From Felis catus (lineage: Eukaryota): DNA of 64,000 nucleotides. Position 1 is the stretch's first letter; every line of letters begins with the position of its first letter. This document shows, piece by piece, positions 10,397-23,119 of this stretch. The notes under the pieces were generated by a model that saw only the letters and a program-made list of their open reading frames with translations, did not search any database and was not told the DNA's origin. Made by a program: the position numbers and the translations under genes. Location: the NCBI RefSeq assembly GCF_018350175.1, contig NC_058384.1:65720001-65784000 (forward strand). The letters run 5' to 3'.

Positions 10397-13394
10397 GCCA
10401 GGATCTGGGAAATGTATGGGAAGCTCAGCACAAAGTCTGCAGGCAGCAAGAACTTCATTCCTCCCCGGAAAGATCTGCTAAGAAAAGGATTAAGGCGAAA
10501 TATACAGCCAACCAACTGATGGCCAACTAGGAGGCATTCTCTAAGACTAAGACCATGTTATCTCTCTAGCCAAGGATTAAGGAACTGTTTCCTTTTGCAT
10601 CTTCCTTAGGGATTATTGTGTTTCTCTTGCCCACTCCAAGCCCAAGGAAACTAGCTCTCCAAAAGGAAAAACTAAGTTTAACTTCAGCCATCTGAACTTG
10701 GAATGTGGAATGAAGGAATGAGTGGCATTGGGACACAGCGTACGAACCTCAGTTTATCCAACCATAGGAAGGGAGAGGAAGAATTAGATGATGTCCAGCA
10801 AACGTGTGAGGGGAATTGTGTTTGTTGATGACCTACTATATGCTAGGATATGTGGTAAGCACTGCATATATCCATGTCGATTATTCATTACAATTCATTC
10901 TTATGGCAGTACCCCAAATAATAAGGAAAGAAACACCTTTAGTGTTATCTCTGGCAGACTAAGCCAGCGATTACGGACATTACTGGAGGCTCCACACTGG
11001 ACCCCTGAGCCAAGGGGGGAACAGAAGACAGCACTGCTTTAAAGAAGGTCTCCTTTCCTAGGAAGAGAAGAGTCACCAGGGTGGTGAAAAGAGATTCACT
11101 ACCTTTGTGGCATTTGCAGCTCGCCTCCCTTTTCCCATTTTCCATGCCTCAGAGAAACTCAGAGAAGAGAGTTCTCCCCAAAATGGTGCAGAGCTTGTCA
11201 CAGAGCATGAAAAAGAATGCAACAATTGGTCTGTTTTCCAGGTTCCCGTGTCCCGTCATAACTCACAGGCTTTATGTCTTTTCTATATTATTGTCAACAA
11301 GATTCCTTTTGAATATTTGGCTACTAAACATGGTCTGCAAACTACTAGAAAGGAGCATTTCTAAAGTCATTTTTAGCCCTTATATCAGATCATTTTTTAC
11401 TGGGTGTATTTCCCAACTTTCTAAGCCTAGTGAGTGAAGAAAGTGTTCTCAGGAAGCAAAATCACCTAGCCTTTACTTAGATTGCATCCAATCTTTATTT
11501 ATACACCTTTCAGTGTATTTATATACTTTTAGGTTGAGTAATTATTTCCATCTGCCACCAGAATTGTTTGTTTTTGTGTTCTTTTAGCCAAGAGAAAACC
11601 TTAGATTCTTAGATTTTAAGGTAAATGATGGGAAATTTCTGAAACTCATTGTATCTATGCCTAGAATTTAGAGATAATACATTTTGTTCTTTCTTACATG
11701 ATAGAAACTGGTTCTAAACTTCAATAGATATAATCATTCATTCATTTGAAGTTAGTATTAGGATACTCACATATGCTGGTTTTAAATTTCTTTAACAAAT
11801 AAGAGGAATTTTTAATTCTGCAATTATAAGGATATTTCTGTTAAATAAAATATGAAATATGTATATACCCCGTCTATCCCCACTATATACATATGTATGT
11901 AATAGCTGTATGTTTACTATACTAAGAAAAACAAAACAATGAGACAATATCTGTACATGACACCCTCACCAGGACAAATGGATTTCCATCTATTTCAGGA
12001 CACTGAGGCAAATCTGAATTTGTGCTCATTAGTTATCCTTGTCTTAGCCCCTTTCAAAGATCTTTCTGGATCTTCTTTCACCTAGTCCATGCTGAATTCC
12101 CACTATACCCTCACTCCACTCATATGATATATAGAATTCTGGAGGCTTGAATTTCCTTGATTGTGAAAGGGTACCCAATACCAAAATATTCAATACCAAA
12201 TACCCAGTACCCAATACCAAATAATCTACCTAATTACAAATAACAAGATAATTTTTGGTATCTACCCAACACCAAAATAATATTTTGGGTTATTCGTCAC
12301 TCAGACCCATGAGAACAGCTGATTTCAGTCAAGTGGACTTTTCTTATATACTATGAATATAACTGCACCATCTAAGTGAGTTGTGTGATCAGTATATATG
12401 CCCTTTTTGTGGTGTCTGGGGACCCATAGGCACAGTCCATCTGAGAAAGCAGTGCTCGTCCGCCCAAGAAAACATCAGAGACCACCACAGTGAGTTAGGT
12501 CTATACTATAGATGGAAAGATATAAGAGTAGAAAAATTTTAAGAAGGTTTTCCAGCCCAATACCAGCACGCTATAAAATTAAGGTAAAAGATCCTTCCAT
12601 CTGATGTGAGAAGACCTATATGTTAGGTCTAGCTTTGTGTGACTTTGGGCAAGGCACGTCATTTGGATATTTGGTCTCTTTAAAATTAAAGGGGCTGGAG
12701 TAAGCAATCACTGTAATGAACCGTCAGGATGCATGGAAAAGTATTTAAGCAGAAATTCCTTGAACAGTGTCTTGCAGAAGGACTTTTGACTTAAGGTGAG
12801 AGTGGAGTACCGACCCCTAAGAGTCCTTTCCACTCAGGGAATCCAAGATTCTCTCAATGGTGATCCCTAAAGTGCCCTTATATTCTAGAACTTATGGATG
12901 GAATTCAGGTTATGATTCTAGGATATGACACTCGCACAGCTTATCTTTCTAACTCCTTAGATGCCTCCTTGGGATATTATGTAACCTGGATTTAAATAGT
13001 GACTCGACACATGAGGGTACTGGATACCTCAAAAAAGAGGACAATTCTACATAAAGTTTGGACGCAAAACTTTTGAGACATTCAGATATTTATTTTAGGA
13101 AAAGCCCCAATCAATAAACTGAGAGAAACTATGGAGGCAGCATCAGATAGTAAAGAAGATTTTATCTTCTTAGATACACATGAAAATCCTGAACTTGCCC
13201 TATTAAAAGGAGTCTAAGCATCAGATTTCCAGTATAGCTAACAACAGTCATCCATGAATACACGGCAGAGAGACAAGTGAAGGCTCAGTGTCTGTTTCTT
13301 TTAATCCATGAGCCATCCAATCGAAAAGAAAGGAAAAGAAAATCTGGCTAGGAACAAGACTGACCCAGTCTGGTCATTAAGAAAATTCAGAGAT

Positions 13395-13627
13395 GGGCGC
13401 CTGGGTGGCGCAGTCGGTTAAGCGTCCGACTTCAGCCAGGTCACGATCTCGCGGTCCGGGAGTTCGAGCCCCGCGTCGGGCTCTGGGCTGACGGCTCGGA
13501 GCCTGGAGCCTGTTTCCGATTCTGTGTCTCCCTTTCTCTCTGCCCCTCCCCCGTTCATGCTCTGTCTCTCTCTGTCCCAAAGATAAATAAACGTTGAAAA
13601 AAAAAAATAAAAAAAAATAAAAAAAAA
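13395..13627 (+). mobile_element. Young Can-SINE (SINEC-Fc)
   Basis: CpG-intact body, long A-tail, perfect TSD aagaaaattcagaga. Confidence 0.97.
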
Positions 13628-15699
13628 AGAAAATTCAGAGAACTTTGTGGAGCATACCGAATCACCCTTGGGACTTTGAGTTAAAAGTAGCCCCTGATTC
13701 TCCTTCTCAAGCCTGCCACTTACAGGAGCTGCCATCACTCGATCTCCTTTGTCAGGGGTGGGGTCGATGTTCACAAGCACCGCTCATCACTCAGGCTCAT
13801 GCACCACAAAGCCCCAGACTACGTCGACATCCCCGCTGTTCAGTAAGTACCTACATTGCCCCCTTCCTTTCAATTCAGACGGAAGGAGCTGTTCGGTGTG
13901 TGGGAACCCTTGACAACTAGATCCTAAGCCAAAGATTAGAATCTGAAGAAAGGAAAGCAGAGAGAGTGAACCTGCCCTAAGTAGAAGCTCTTATCTGCAT
14001 CAGTATAGGAAGCCTCTTTCACCCATCAGGACCCTCGACCTCTCCAGCCAAAGTCACTCTCTGTAGACATTCTGGTGACCAGCAGGCAGTGTGGTTATTA
14101 GCAACATGTACTGTGATCGTTGGACTCCTGAGGCTGTATCTACTACTGGAGACGTCGTCTTGGGGTTAATTAGAACATCAAGCCTGTTTGGGAAAACTAA
14201 CGTCACCAATTTCTTAAAGGTACCCTTTGCCGAGGAACCTGGGGAGAAGGAGCCATGAGCAAAATTAGCCCGTGTCTTCATTGGAAGTTCAGTCCATCTG
14301 TGATAGATTGTGAAGGAGAAACCGCCATAATAAAACATGTATTGCAGGGCCATGTGGAAATGTTTCATTGAATTTTTGTCAGGGAAAAGAGTATCTTATG
14401 TCGGGAATAACAGTATATAAAGTTGCTTCTCAACTTTAGTGTTTGTAAGAGTCAAAATAGGACTTAATTACAAATTCATCTTCTCGGGTTCTTGCCCATA
14501 GATATTCTAATTAGAGACATTGAGATATTCTGCCAAAACCTAAGTTTTTGGCACGTATCTTCAGCGTACTTGAGTTCTATCATTAAATTGTTTGTTGTCT
14601 ACAAATGTTTTTTTTACTGGAGTGACTAAACGAAGTTGTCACTTTCAACCAAGTGAACCCAAAGTGAGTATAGTTCCAGGCAAACTCCCAGCACGAACTG
14701 TGAAGGCAGACTGACCATCAAAGTTCTAAGGTTTACCATGGAAGAATAAAACACTGTTGAGAAACGACGGGTAATATGGAGGCTCACCCTTCCCAGGAGT
14801 AAGCCGCCTTAGAAATAAAAAGAGCGTGCTGTGGGAACAGGAAGAAACCAATAATACAGAGACCCAGAGAGGACCGCTCAGAAATTAATGTGTGCATATT
14901 TGAAACTCGGGCTTTGACAGAAGTGACCTCTCACGTCAGTAAGAAAACGGTGATTATTTAGTGAATCATACTGGCAAGCAGGCTCCCTCTCTGTACCCCA
15001 CCACTCAAAGGAGGTGTCCTGGTAGAACAAAGAAGTGGCTTCCTGGAGCCTCACTAGCAGCACCAACCGTGTGACCACCCTGGATGGAGTTGTGAGTCTC
15101 CTCCGAACTCGCAAACAACGTACTGTGCCCCTGGGCCAGCAGCCAGCACGTGTGAGTCTGGGAATCCGTGTGAGAGGAGACGGGAAGAGTTCCTTCCTTT
15201 GCACCCTGACCGACACCCATAAGGTTGGGCTTTGTAGTTCAGAGCCATGATTTCTCCCAGGAGTGTTACCTGTGCCGGGAAACTCGAGACGGGAAATTGA
15301 GACTTGCCCTTGGCCGCTTCAGTCCGCTTTGGTCTACAAACGATCTAGAGGCAGAAAGGGGTTTATTCCTCTAGCTAGGGTAATTGGTCCGATTTCCTTA
15401 TGCTTGCCACAGAATCGATTTTATTTTTCGGGACGCGTTTCCTCAATCTAAGAACTTAAACTTAGTTTATCTATCTGCAAGTTACAGATAGATGATTTTT
15501 GCCGAGTATCCTTTAGCAGAGGAACATAGCTACATATTTCAAAGAATATGTAGATTTTTTGAAAGATACACTCCTCAGTGTTTAGGCTCATCAGTTCCAG
15601 AGGTTACCTGTCATTTGTTTCCCCCATGACAGAAACAATAGGTATTTTTTCTCTCTTTAAAACATTTTTAATCTATTTTCACTTTTGATTTGGAAACTT

Positions 15700-17900
15700 T
15701 TTCCAACTTCACAAAAAATTGTACGTATTTAAGATATACAATACGATGCCTTGATATACGTATACATTGTGAAATGGTTATCACAATAAAGCCCCTTAAC
15801 ATATCAGTCACGTCACATAGTTACAACCTGTGTGTGTGGTGAGAACACTTGTGATTAGCATATACAATATATATTTTTTCTTCATATATATATATATATC
15901 TGTATATATATACACACACATATGTTTTCTTCACCTATTCATCCATTGATAATATAATTTAGCTGTGGGCTTTTCATCTATGGCCTTTATTATGTCCTAG
16001 TAAATTCCTACTCTACCCAATTTGTTAAGAGTTTTAATCATGAATGGATGTTTGTACTTTGTCAAATGCTTTCTCCGCATTTTTGTTTTGATCATGTTTT
16101 TTCTCTCCTTTTGTTAGTGTGGTCTATCACACTGATTGGTGCACTTTGAACTTTCTGCATTTCAAGAGTAAGTCTCACTTGATCATAATGTGTAATAATT
16201 GTAATGGTCCTTGTATTCAGTTTCCCAGGATTTTGCTGAGGACTTCTGCATCTGTGTTTATCAGAGATACTGGCCCATGATATTTCTGTGCTGTCTTTGC
16301 CTTTGGCGTCAGGGTAATATCACCCTCATGAAAAGAGTTTGAAATTGTTCCCTCTTCTCTTTTTTGGAAGAGATTAAAAGGGTTGGTGTTAATTTTTCGT
16401 CACACGTTTGGTAGAAAGTACCCGTGATACTATCTGGTCTGGGCTCTTCCTTGCTGGGAAATTTTCGATTACAGATCAATTTCTTTATCTGTAATTGGGC
16501 TTGTCAAGCTTTCTGTTTCTTCTTGATACAATTTTGGTGGATTGTATGTTTTTAGGAATTTATCCAATTTGTAGCAGTACGATTGTTCATAATAGCCCCC
16601 TATGACCCTTTCTGATTCTCAGGCATACGTTGTACATGTCTCTTCTTTCATTTTTTATTTCATTTATTTGAGTCTTCTGTCTTTTACTTCAATTACTCTG
16701 GTGAAAGTTTTGTCAATTTTGTTTTTATTTTTGTTTTCAAAAAGAGTAGACTTGGGTTGGTTGATCATTCTTTTATACTGGCTTTCTAGTATCCTTTTGG
16801 TGTGTTTCTTCTCTAATAATTATTATTTCACTCCTGTTAACTTTGGGCTTAGTTTGTTCTCTTTTTTCTTCTTCCTGAAAGTATAGTGTCAGTTTGTTTA
16901 TTTGAGATCTGTACTTCTTTAGGCATTTATGGCTACAAACTTTCCTCTTAATTCTACTTATGCTGCATCCTGTACACCCTACTATGTTGTATTTTCATTT
17001 TTTGTTTGTCTCAAGATATTCTTTAAATGCTCTTTTAAATTTCTCCTTGCCCCAGTGATTATCAAGAGTGTGCTCGTTTAGTTTCCATCTATTTGTGAAT
17101 TTTCGCATGTTCTTGCTGTCAGTGATTTCTGATTTCATTCCATTGTAGTCAGAAAAGTTACTTGGAATGATGTTGATTCTGAATTTGTTGAGACTCATTT
17201 TGTGTCCTAGCATGTGATCTATCCTGGAGGATGTCCTGTGTGCACTTGAAAAGGCAGTGCATTCTTCTGCAATTGGATGGGGAGTTCTGTATATGTCTGT
17301 TAGATCCATTTGTTCTATACTGTTGTTCCATTCTTCGGTTTCTTGACCAACTTTCTGTCTGAATGATCCTTTTATGGAAGGTGACACTTTGAAATCTCCT
17401 CCTATTATTGGATTGCTATCTGTTTCTCCCTTCAGAGCTGTCAATATTTGTTTTACATATTTAGGTGCTTTGATGTAGGATGCATATATATCCATAATTG
17501 TTATAGCTTCCTATTAAATTGGCACTTTTATCATTATGTAACGATAATGATACAATAGGTATTTTTTGTCTCTTGTAGCAGTTTTGACTTCGGTGTATCT
17601 CGTCTGATGTGAAGAGAGCCACCCCTGTCCTTTTTCTGTTTACCATTTTCATGGAATATCCTTTTTCCATCCCTCACTTTCAGCCTATACGTGTCCTAAA
17701 AAGCTAAAGCGAGTCATTTGCAGGCAAGACATTGTTGGATCTTGTGTTTTTATTTATTCAGTCATTCTGTCTCTTATTTGGAGAATTTACTCCATTGACA
17801 TTTAAAGTGACTAGTGAAGGACTTACTCTTGTCATTTTGTTCATTGTCTTCTGATTGTTTTGTGGTTTGTTTCTTTCTTCCTTTCTTCCTCGCTCGCTGT
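15700..17900 (-). mobile_element. L1 (L1MA-like): 3' end joined to the ORF2 endonuclease region
   Basis: ORF 16995..17495 encodes L1 endonuclease motifs (IIGGDF, MDLTDIYRT, FSSAH, SRIDHMLG, FSDYNGMK); L1 3'UTR at 15700-15950. Confidence 0.88.
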
Positions 17901-17924
17901 CTTCCTTTATGGCTACTGTTTTTT

Positions 17925-19430
17925 AAGGAACACTACTAGGGCAAGGAAGAGTGTGTCTGGAATCTAGGAGAGAAGATAGGGCATCTTTTATTACTTCATA
18001 TACAAATTTTGATTGAAACAACCTAAATTAGGCAAAGTCACAATGGCTAGATTGCTTGGAAATATTGAGGTGTTGGCTAAGTTCAAAAGACTGTTCAATA
18101 GGTGAAAGAAAAAAATCATAAATAACTATGACAGTCTTGTGATAAATTCCAGAAATGAGGGTTGCAGTAGCTGTGTTTTATTTTCTTGCTTGCCTAATGA
18201 TGTATATATCTGTATATGTTAACCATACTCCCCCTTTTCTTAATAGACTAGTATATACAAGGTGTGCTGCTGGTGATAAACATCATAATTCAATATTTAA
18301 AACAAGGGCATCAGGGAATACTTAACCCGTGGCACCGTGTCTCCTTTTTTTGAAGATGAATGTGGACATACTGTGTGAGGTATATTTGCATCATATTAGC
18401 TACTACTGTTTGGAAATGGAAACAGGAAAAGAAGGTTATGTATGAATGTTGAATATCCAAAAGGAAAAATCGGGCTGGTTATATTTTGTTGATACTTCAT
18501 ATCATAGTTATAATTCTAAGGCTCTCTTTACTGTACTCTTCTAGAAGGACAGAAATCCTCAAATTCCTGGAGTCTGTCCAGATTCTTTGTGTCAAGGAGC
18601 AAGAATTCCTATACCCTCAAAGGTCCTTCTAACTGGACTAAAGAATTGACATGAGATAGATTAACAGGAGAAAATCAATTAAAATTAATAGGTGTACATA
18701 TGGAGAATCCCCAAAGACATGGAAATTCCAAAGACAGTTAGGCAAAATGAGGTCTCTAATGTCATTCCCAACTAAGGAGAAGGGGTAGGGGTCTGGGATT
18801 TCAGAAAAAAGGAATGCACTTCAGAAGGAAATAAAAAGAGCAGATGTTTGGTAATTACATGTTTGTCCTCCCAGGTAGATGGGTCACTCAGATCAAATTT
18901 ATCTGTTAATAACCTTTATTTGGGGGAATCACCACCAGTTTAGAGTCTTCTGTGTGGTTAAGGCAGGACAAAAGTTTCTATTGAGCCCACAAGGTCTCAA
19001 GTGCCTCCAGCTCAAAATAACTCACATGCCAAAGTGGTACATTCTGGGGGAGTGAAGGGAAGGGGGAGACTGCCCTGAATCCCTTCACTTGCCAGGAGAA
19101 TTTGAGACATATTTAGAGCTGTAGAGATAATGGAAGAGAAGGAAAGGCAGTGTTTTCTGGGAACATGTTATGCCAGCAGATGGTAGGTACGGGCTTTTGC
19201 CCTTGGCATTTGGATTTCCTGAGAATCACTCTCTAGGGCTGCATCAGCCAAAACCATAGGTGGGGCCTCCCTATAATCCTTTTAAATGCTGAAAGTCAAG
19301 AACAACCCTCCTGACATTCCTTCTCTTGGCCTTCAACAGATATATATCTCTAAGTCCTCTATCAAATCTTTCATTACTTTAAATACCTCAAGTGGATTTG
19401 CTCTCAGAAAACAGCTATGTATGATCTGAC
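17925..19430 (+). mobile_element. ERVL/MaLR internal 3' end plus LTR remnant
   Basis: Resembles recalled ERVL-int 3' end (tgaggtgttggctaa...gataaattccagaaatgaggg), followed by an MLT-like LTR; interrupted by another LTR. Confidence 0.45.
18590..19087 (-). mobile_element. Solo LTR (ERV1-like)
   Basis: TG...CA termini, flanks tttg/cttg, ERV1 LTR-like motifs (agattaacaggagaaaa; atgccaaagtggtacattctgggg). Confidence 0.6.
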
Positions 19431-19506
19431 ATCAATCTTTGCAGTAGATGCGGGAGCTTTATAATATTGTTATAAATGTATACTTTCACTAATTCTCTAT
19501 GGACAA

Positions 19507-19686
19507 NNNNNNNNNNNNNNNNNNNNNNNNNNNNNNNNNNNNNNNNNNNNNNNNNNNNNNNNNNNNNNNNNNNNNNNNNNNNNNNNNNNNNNNNNNNNNN
19601 NNNNNNNNNNNNNNNNNNNNNNNNNNNNNNNNNNNNNNNNNNNNNNNNNNNNNNNNNNNNNNNNNNNNNNNNNNNNNNNNNNNNNN
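19507..19686. other. Assembly gap
   Basis: 180 N. Confidence 1.
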
Positions 19687-19739
19687 TTCAGTTCTAGTCA
19701 AGATGGAAGATAAAAATGTTATTTGCCTCTTTTGACATT

Positions 19740-21715
19740 CCTTTGATTACATCTTAGTAGGGGTAAAACATTTCACAAAAATTTATCAGGTATTCCTTCA
19801 ACTTTTGGAATTTTTCTACTTATAACACTTTCTTATTTTTCTTTTGCTTTTGGTCTTTATGGATTTGTAAGACTACGTGGTTCACAAATTACATTTCGAC
19901 TTTGAATTAAAAGGGTTCCAACTAGTTTTTTTAATTTTTATTAAAATATTTTCTGCCATTGAAAACTAACCTTACAGAGATTCCTTTATATGCCATAAAA
20001 TGTTTCCAATTTAAATGTACAGTTTGGTGAGTTTTGAAAGACTCACCCAAGCAATAACCACCCCATCAAGATATAAAACATTTCTACAACCCCCAAAAGT
20101 TCCTTCCCATCTGTTTATGGTCAATTCCACTCAACCCACGCCTGTAGAAAAACACTAAACTTGTTTTTATTGATATGGTTTGATCTTTTCCATAATTTCA
20201 TAAAAAATGAAATCAAATAGTATGTTCATTTTTGTGTCTTCTATCTTTCACTGAGCGTAAGGTTTTTGAGACTCACTTATTTTGTTGCATTTATCCGTTC
20301 TCTGTTTATTGCTTAACAGCATTCCATTTACAAATACACCACAATTTATTCATTTGTTGAACTGTTGGAGAACATTTGGCTTATTTCCAGTTTGAGGCTA
20401 ATCAGAGTAAAACTCTTATGAAATGAGTCTCCAATTCATTATGCAGACATATATGTTCATTTATCTTTGGTAAGTATCTACGAGGGGGATGGCTGTGCCA
20501 GCTGGTAGAGGTAAATCTAACCATTTATAAAGTGTCAAACTGTTTTGCAGAAAGGCTATATGGTGACTAATTTCTACCAGCAACGCAGGAGGGCTCCAGC
20601 ACCCTCACATCCTGTCTACTTCTTCTACTGTTCATCTTTTCAACAGCCCACAAGGGTAGTGACATTTCACGGTACCTTGATTATGCATGTACTTGAAGAT
20701 TAAGTGTGCTGAGCAGTTTTTCATGTGCTTCTGGCTATTTGTAATTTCTTGTGAACCAAGTACGTGTTCAAAGCTTTGACTGAATTTTCATTAATTGGTC
20801 TGCCTTTCTATTTTTTCTTCTGTAAGAGATACGTTTGTATTCTGGATAAGAGTCTATTATTAGATATGAATTTTGCAAATATGTTCTCCTACTATGTGGT
20901 TTACCTTTTAATTTCATTGATTATGCCTTTGCCATACTAGTCTTAATGAAATGTAATTTGTAGAGGCGCCTGGGTGGCTCAATCGGTTAAGCCTGTGACT
21001 TCAGCTCAGGTCATGATCTCACAGTTCGTGAGTTCGAGCCCCGCGTCAGGCTCTGTGCTACTAGCTCAGAGACTGGAGCCTGCTTTGGATTCTGTGTCTC
21101 CCTCTCCGTCTCTGCCCCCACCCCCCAGTTTCCTCTCTGTCTCTCTCTCAAAAAATAAATTAAAAAACAATAAAAAATTTTTAAATAATATAAAAAAGAA
21201 CTATAATTTGCAAGCCATTTTATTTACAGCTTTAAAGTACATAGCTCAGTAGTTGTCCATATAATCAGAGTTTTGCAACCATCAACATTATCTAATTTTG
21301 GAATAGCAACATTTTTGATGTAGGTGTAGTTCAATTCATCACTTTTTTTTCCTTTCTGATTCATGTTTTCTATCTTCTGTCGATCTAATTATTTGTCTAC
21401 TCAAAGTTGCAGAATTTCTGAGTTTTTTTCCCCCAAATTTGCATAGCTTTGATATTTGTAGGTTAAATTGTGTATGACTTTTGGTAAAGGTCAAGGTTTG
21501 TATTTTTTAATATGTACATCCAATATTTCCGTCACAGTACATTGAAAAGACTATCTTTTCTTCATTGAAAAACCTTAGCATCTTTGCCGAAAATCAGTTG
21601 GGCATATGTGCATGGTGCCATTTCCACAGTTTGCGTCTGTTCCATTGATTCAAGTGTTCAGTCTTATGCCAATATCACATGGTCAGTGTTGCTCAGTAGC
21701 TTTTCTTGGTATCTG
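19740..21715 (-). mobile_element. Old L1 3' region (composite)
   Basis: Antisense L1 3'UTR and ORF2 end motifs (ttgaaaagactatcttttcttcattg; ttttcatgtgcttctggctattt). Confidence 0.72.
20963..21197 (+). mobile_element. Can-SINE inserted in L1
   Basis: Typical body; degenerate TSD gaa.t.taatttg.a. Confidence 0.94.
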
Positions 21716-21769
21716 GGTCCTCTGTTTCTAAATTGTGTTCATCATGTATAATATTTTAAATTTTTTAAT

Positions 21770-22035
21770 TATTTAGTATCTGGAATCCAAAAACAATACA
21801 AAACAAACAAACAAACAAAAAGAAACGGAAACAGACTCATACATACAGAGAACAAACTGGAGGCTGCCAGAGGGGAGGGGGTGAGGGAGGGGTGAAATAA
21901 GTGAAACGGATTAAGAGATTCAAGCTTCCAGTTATGAAATAAGTAACTCACAAGGATGAAAAGCACAGCATGGGGAAGAGAGTCGGTCCTACTGCAATAA
22001 CCCTGTAGGGTGACAGGGGGTGACTACACTTGCCC
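21770..22035 (+). mobile_element. L1 3'UTR fragment
   Basis: acagactcatacatacagagaacaaactgg...gcttccagttatgaaataagtaa. Confidence 0.75.
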
Positions 22036-22377
22036 TAAACTGGCCCATCTCTCTGGTATCCTCCCTTCAGAGGACAGATGCTTGACCTCCTCAAGCTTTT
22101 CTTACTTTGCTTCAATTTACACTCGTCAGCTCAGCAGGACCGCCGTGCTCTCCTTGGGTTCCTTCGGTAAATGCACATAATATGGTCTCAACCGATGAGC
22201 TCATTATTGAGCTAAATGCACTGATGAATGGATACCGATGCTTGCCTAGTAGATGCGCAGAAAGCTGCTCATAATATCGGAGCTGCAGTATGGAAATGAG
22301 TGGAAAGAAAGCCTTGCTGGTACAGTCCTTCACCCCTCTCTCTCTCAAATGACCTATGAATTTAAACAATTCTTACC

Positions 22378-22600
22378 TTTTTTTTAATTTTTGTTTAATA
22401 TTTATTTATTTTTGAGAGAGGGAGAGGCAGAGTGCAGGCTGGGGAGGGGCAGAGAGAGAGAGGGAGACGCAGAATCCTCAGCAGGCTTCAGGCTTCGAGC
22501 AGTCTGCCCAGAGCCTGATGCGGGGCTTGAACTCACAAACCGTGAGATCATGACCTGAGCCAAAGTTGGACACTCAACTGACTGAGCCACCCAGGCCCCC
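22378..22600 (-). mobile_element. Can-SINE (first of tandem pair)
   Basis: Typical body flanked by aacaattctt. Confidence 0.95.
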
Positions 22601-22614
22601 AAAACAATTCTTCC

Positions 22615-22844
22615 TTTTTTTTATTTTTAAAAAAGTTTTTTTTAACGTTTATTTATTTTTGAGACAGAGAGAGACAGAGCATGAATGGGGGAGGGGCAGA
22701 GAGAGGGAGACACAGAATCTGAAACAGGCTCCAGGCTCTGAGCAGTCCGCACAGAGCCCGACGCGGGGCTCGAACTCACAGACTGTGAGATCATGACCTG
22801 AGCCGAAGCCGGCCGCTCAACCGACTGAGCCACCCAGGTGCCCC
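22615..22844 (-). mobile_element. Can-SINE (second of tandem pair)
   Basis: Typical body; TSD aacaattcttcctttt. Confidence 0.95.
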
Positions 22845-22928
22845 AACAATTCTTCCTTTTAAGTATGTGTGTTCTCCTCCTCAAAATTCAGATTAACACC
22901 AACAAGACTCTTATTTGTATTAGCCTGA

Positions 22929-23119
22929 TTTCTTTCTTTCTTTTTTCATGTTTATTTAATTTTGAGAGAGAGTGCAAGCAGGGAGAGGGGGACAGAGAAT
23001 CTGGAGCCGTCTCTGTGTCGACAGCAGTGAGCCCGTTGTGGGGCTCGAACCCATGAACCACAAAATCATGACCTGAGCCGAAGTCAGACGCTCAATCGAC
23101 TGAGCCACCCAGGCACCCC
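22929..23119 (-). mobile_element. Can-SINE
   Basis: Older copy; TSD ctct.atttgtatta.cc. Confidence 0.92.

Noticed and set aside
13395-13480. tRNA gene
   Set aside because: A/B boxes belong to the tRNA-derived SINE head; no complete cloverleaf and followed by (CT)n and poly-A.
13377-13780. Recurrent short ORFs such as MAQSVKRPTSAQVMIS and RERQSMNGGGAER
   Set aside because: Translations of Can-SINE copies, not a protein family.
16995-17670. Functional endonuclease gene
   Set aside because: Frameshifted fragment of a decayed L1 ORF2.
19476-19735. ORFs containing X runs (also 36286-36603, 47607-47927)
   Set aside because: Artefacts of N gaps.
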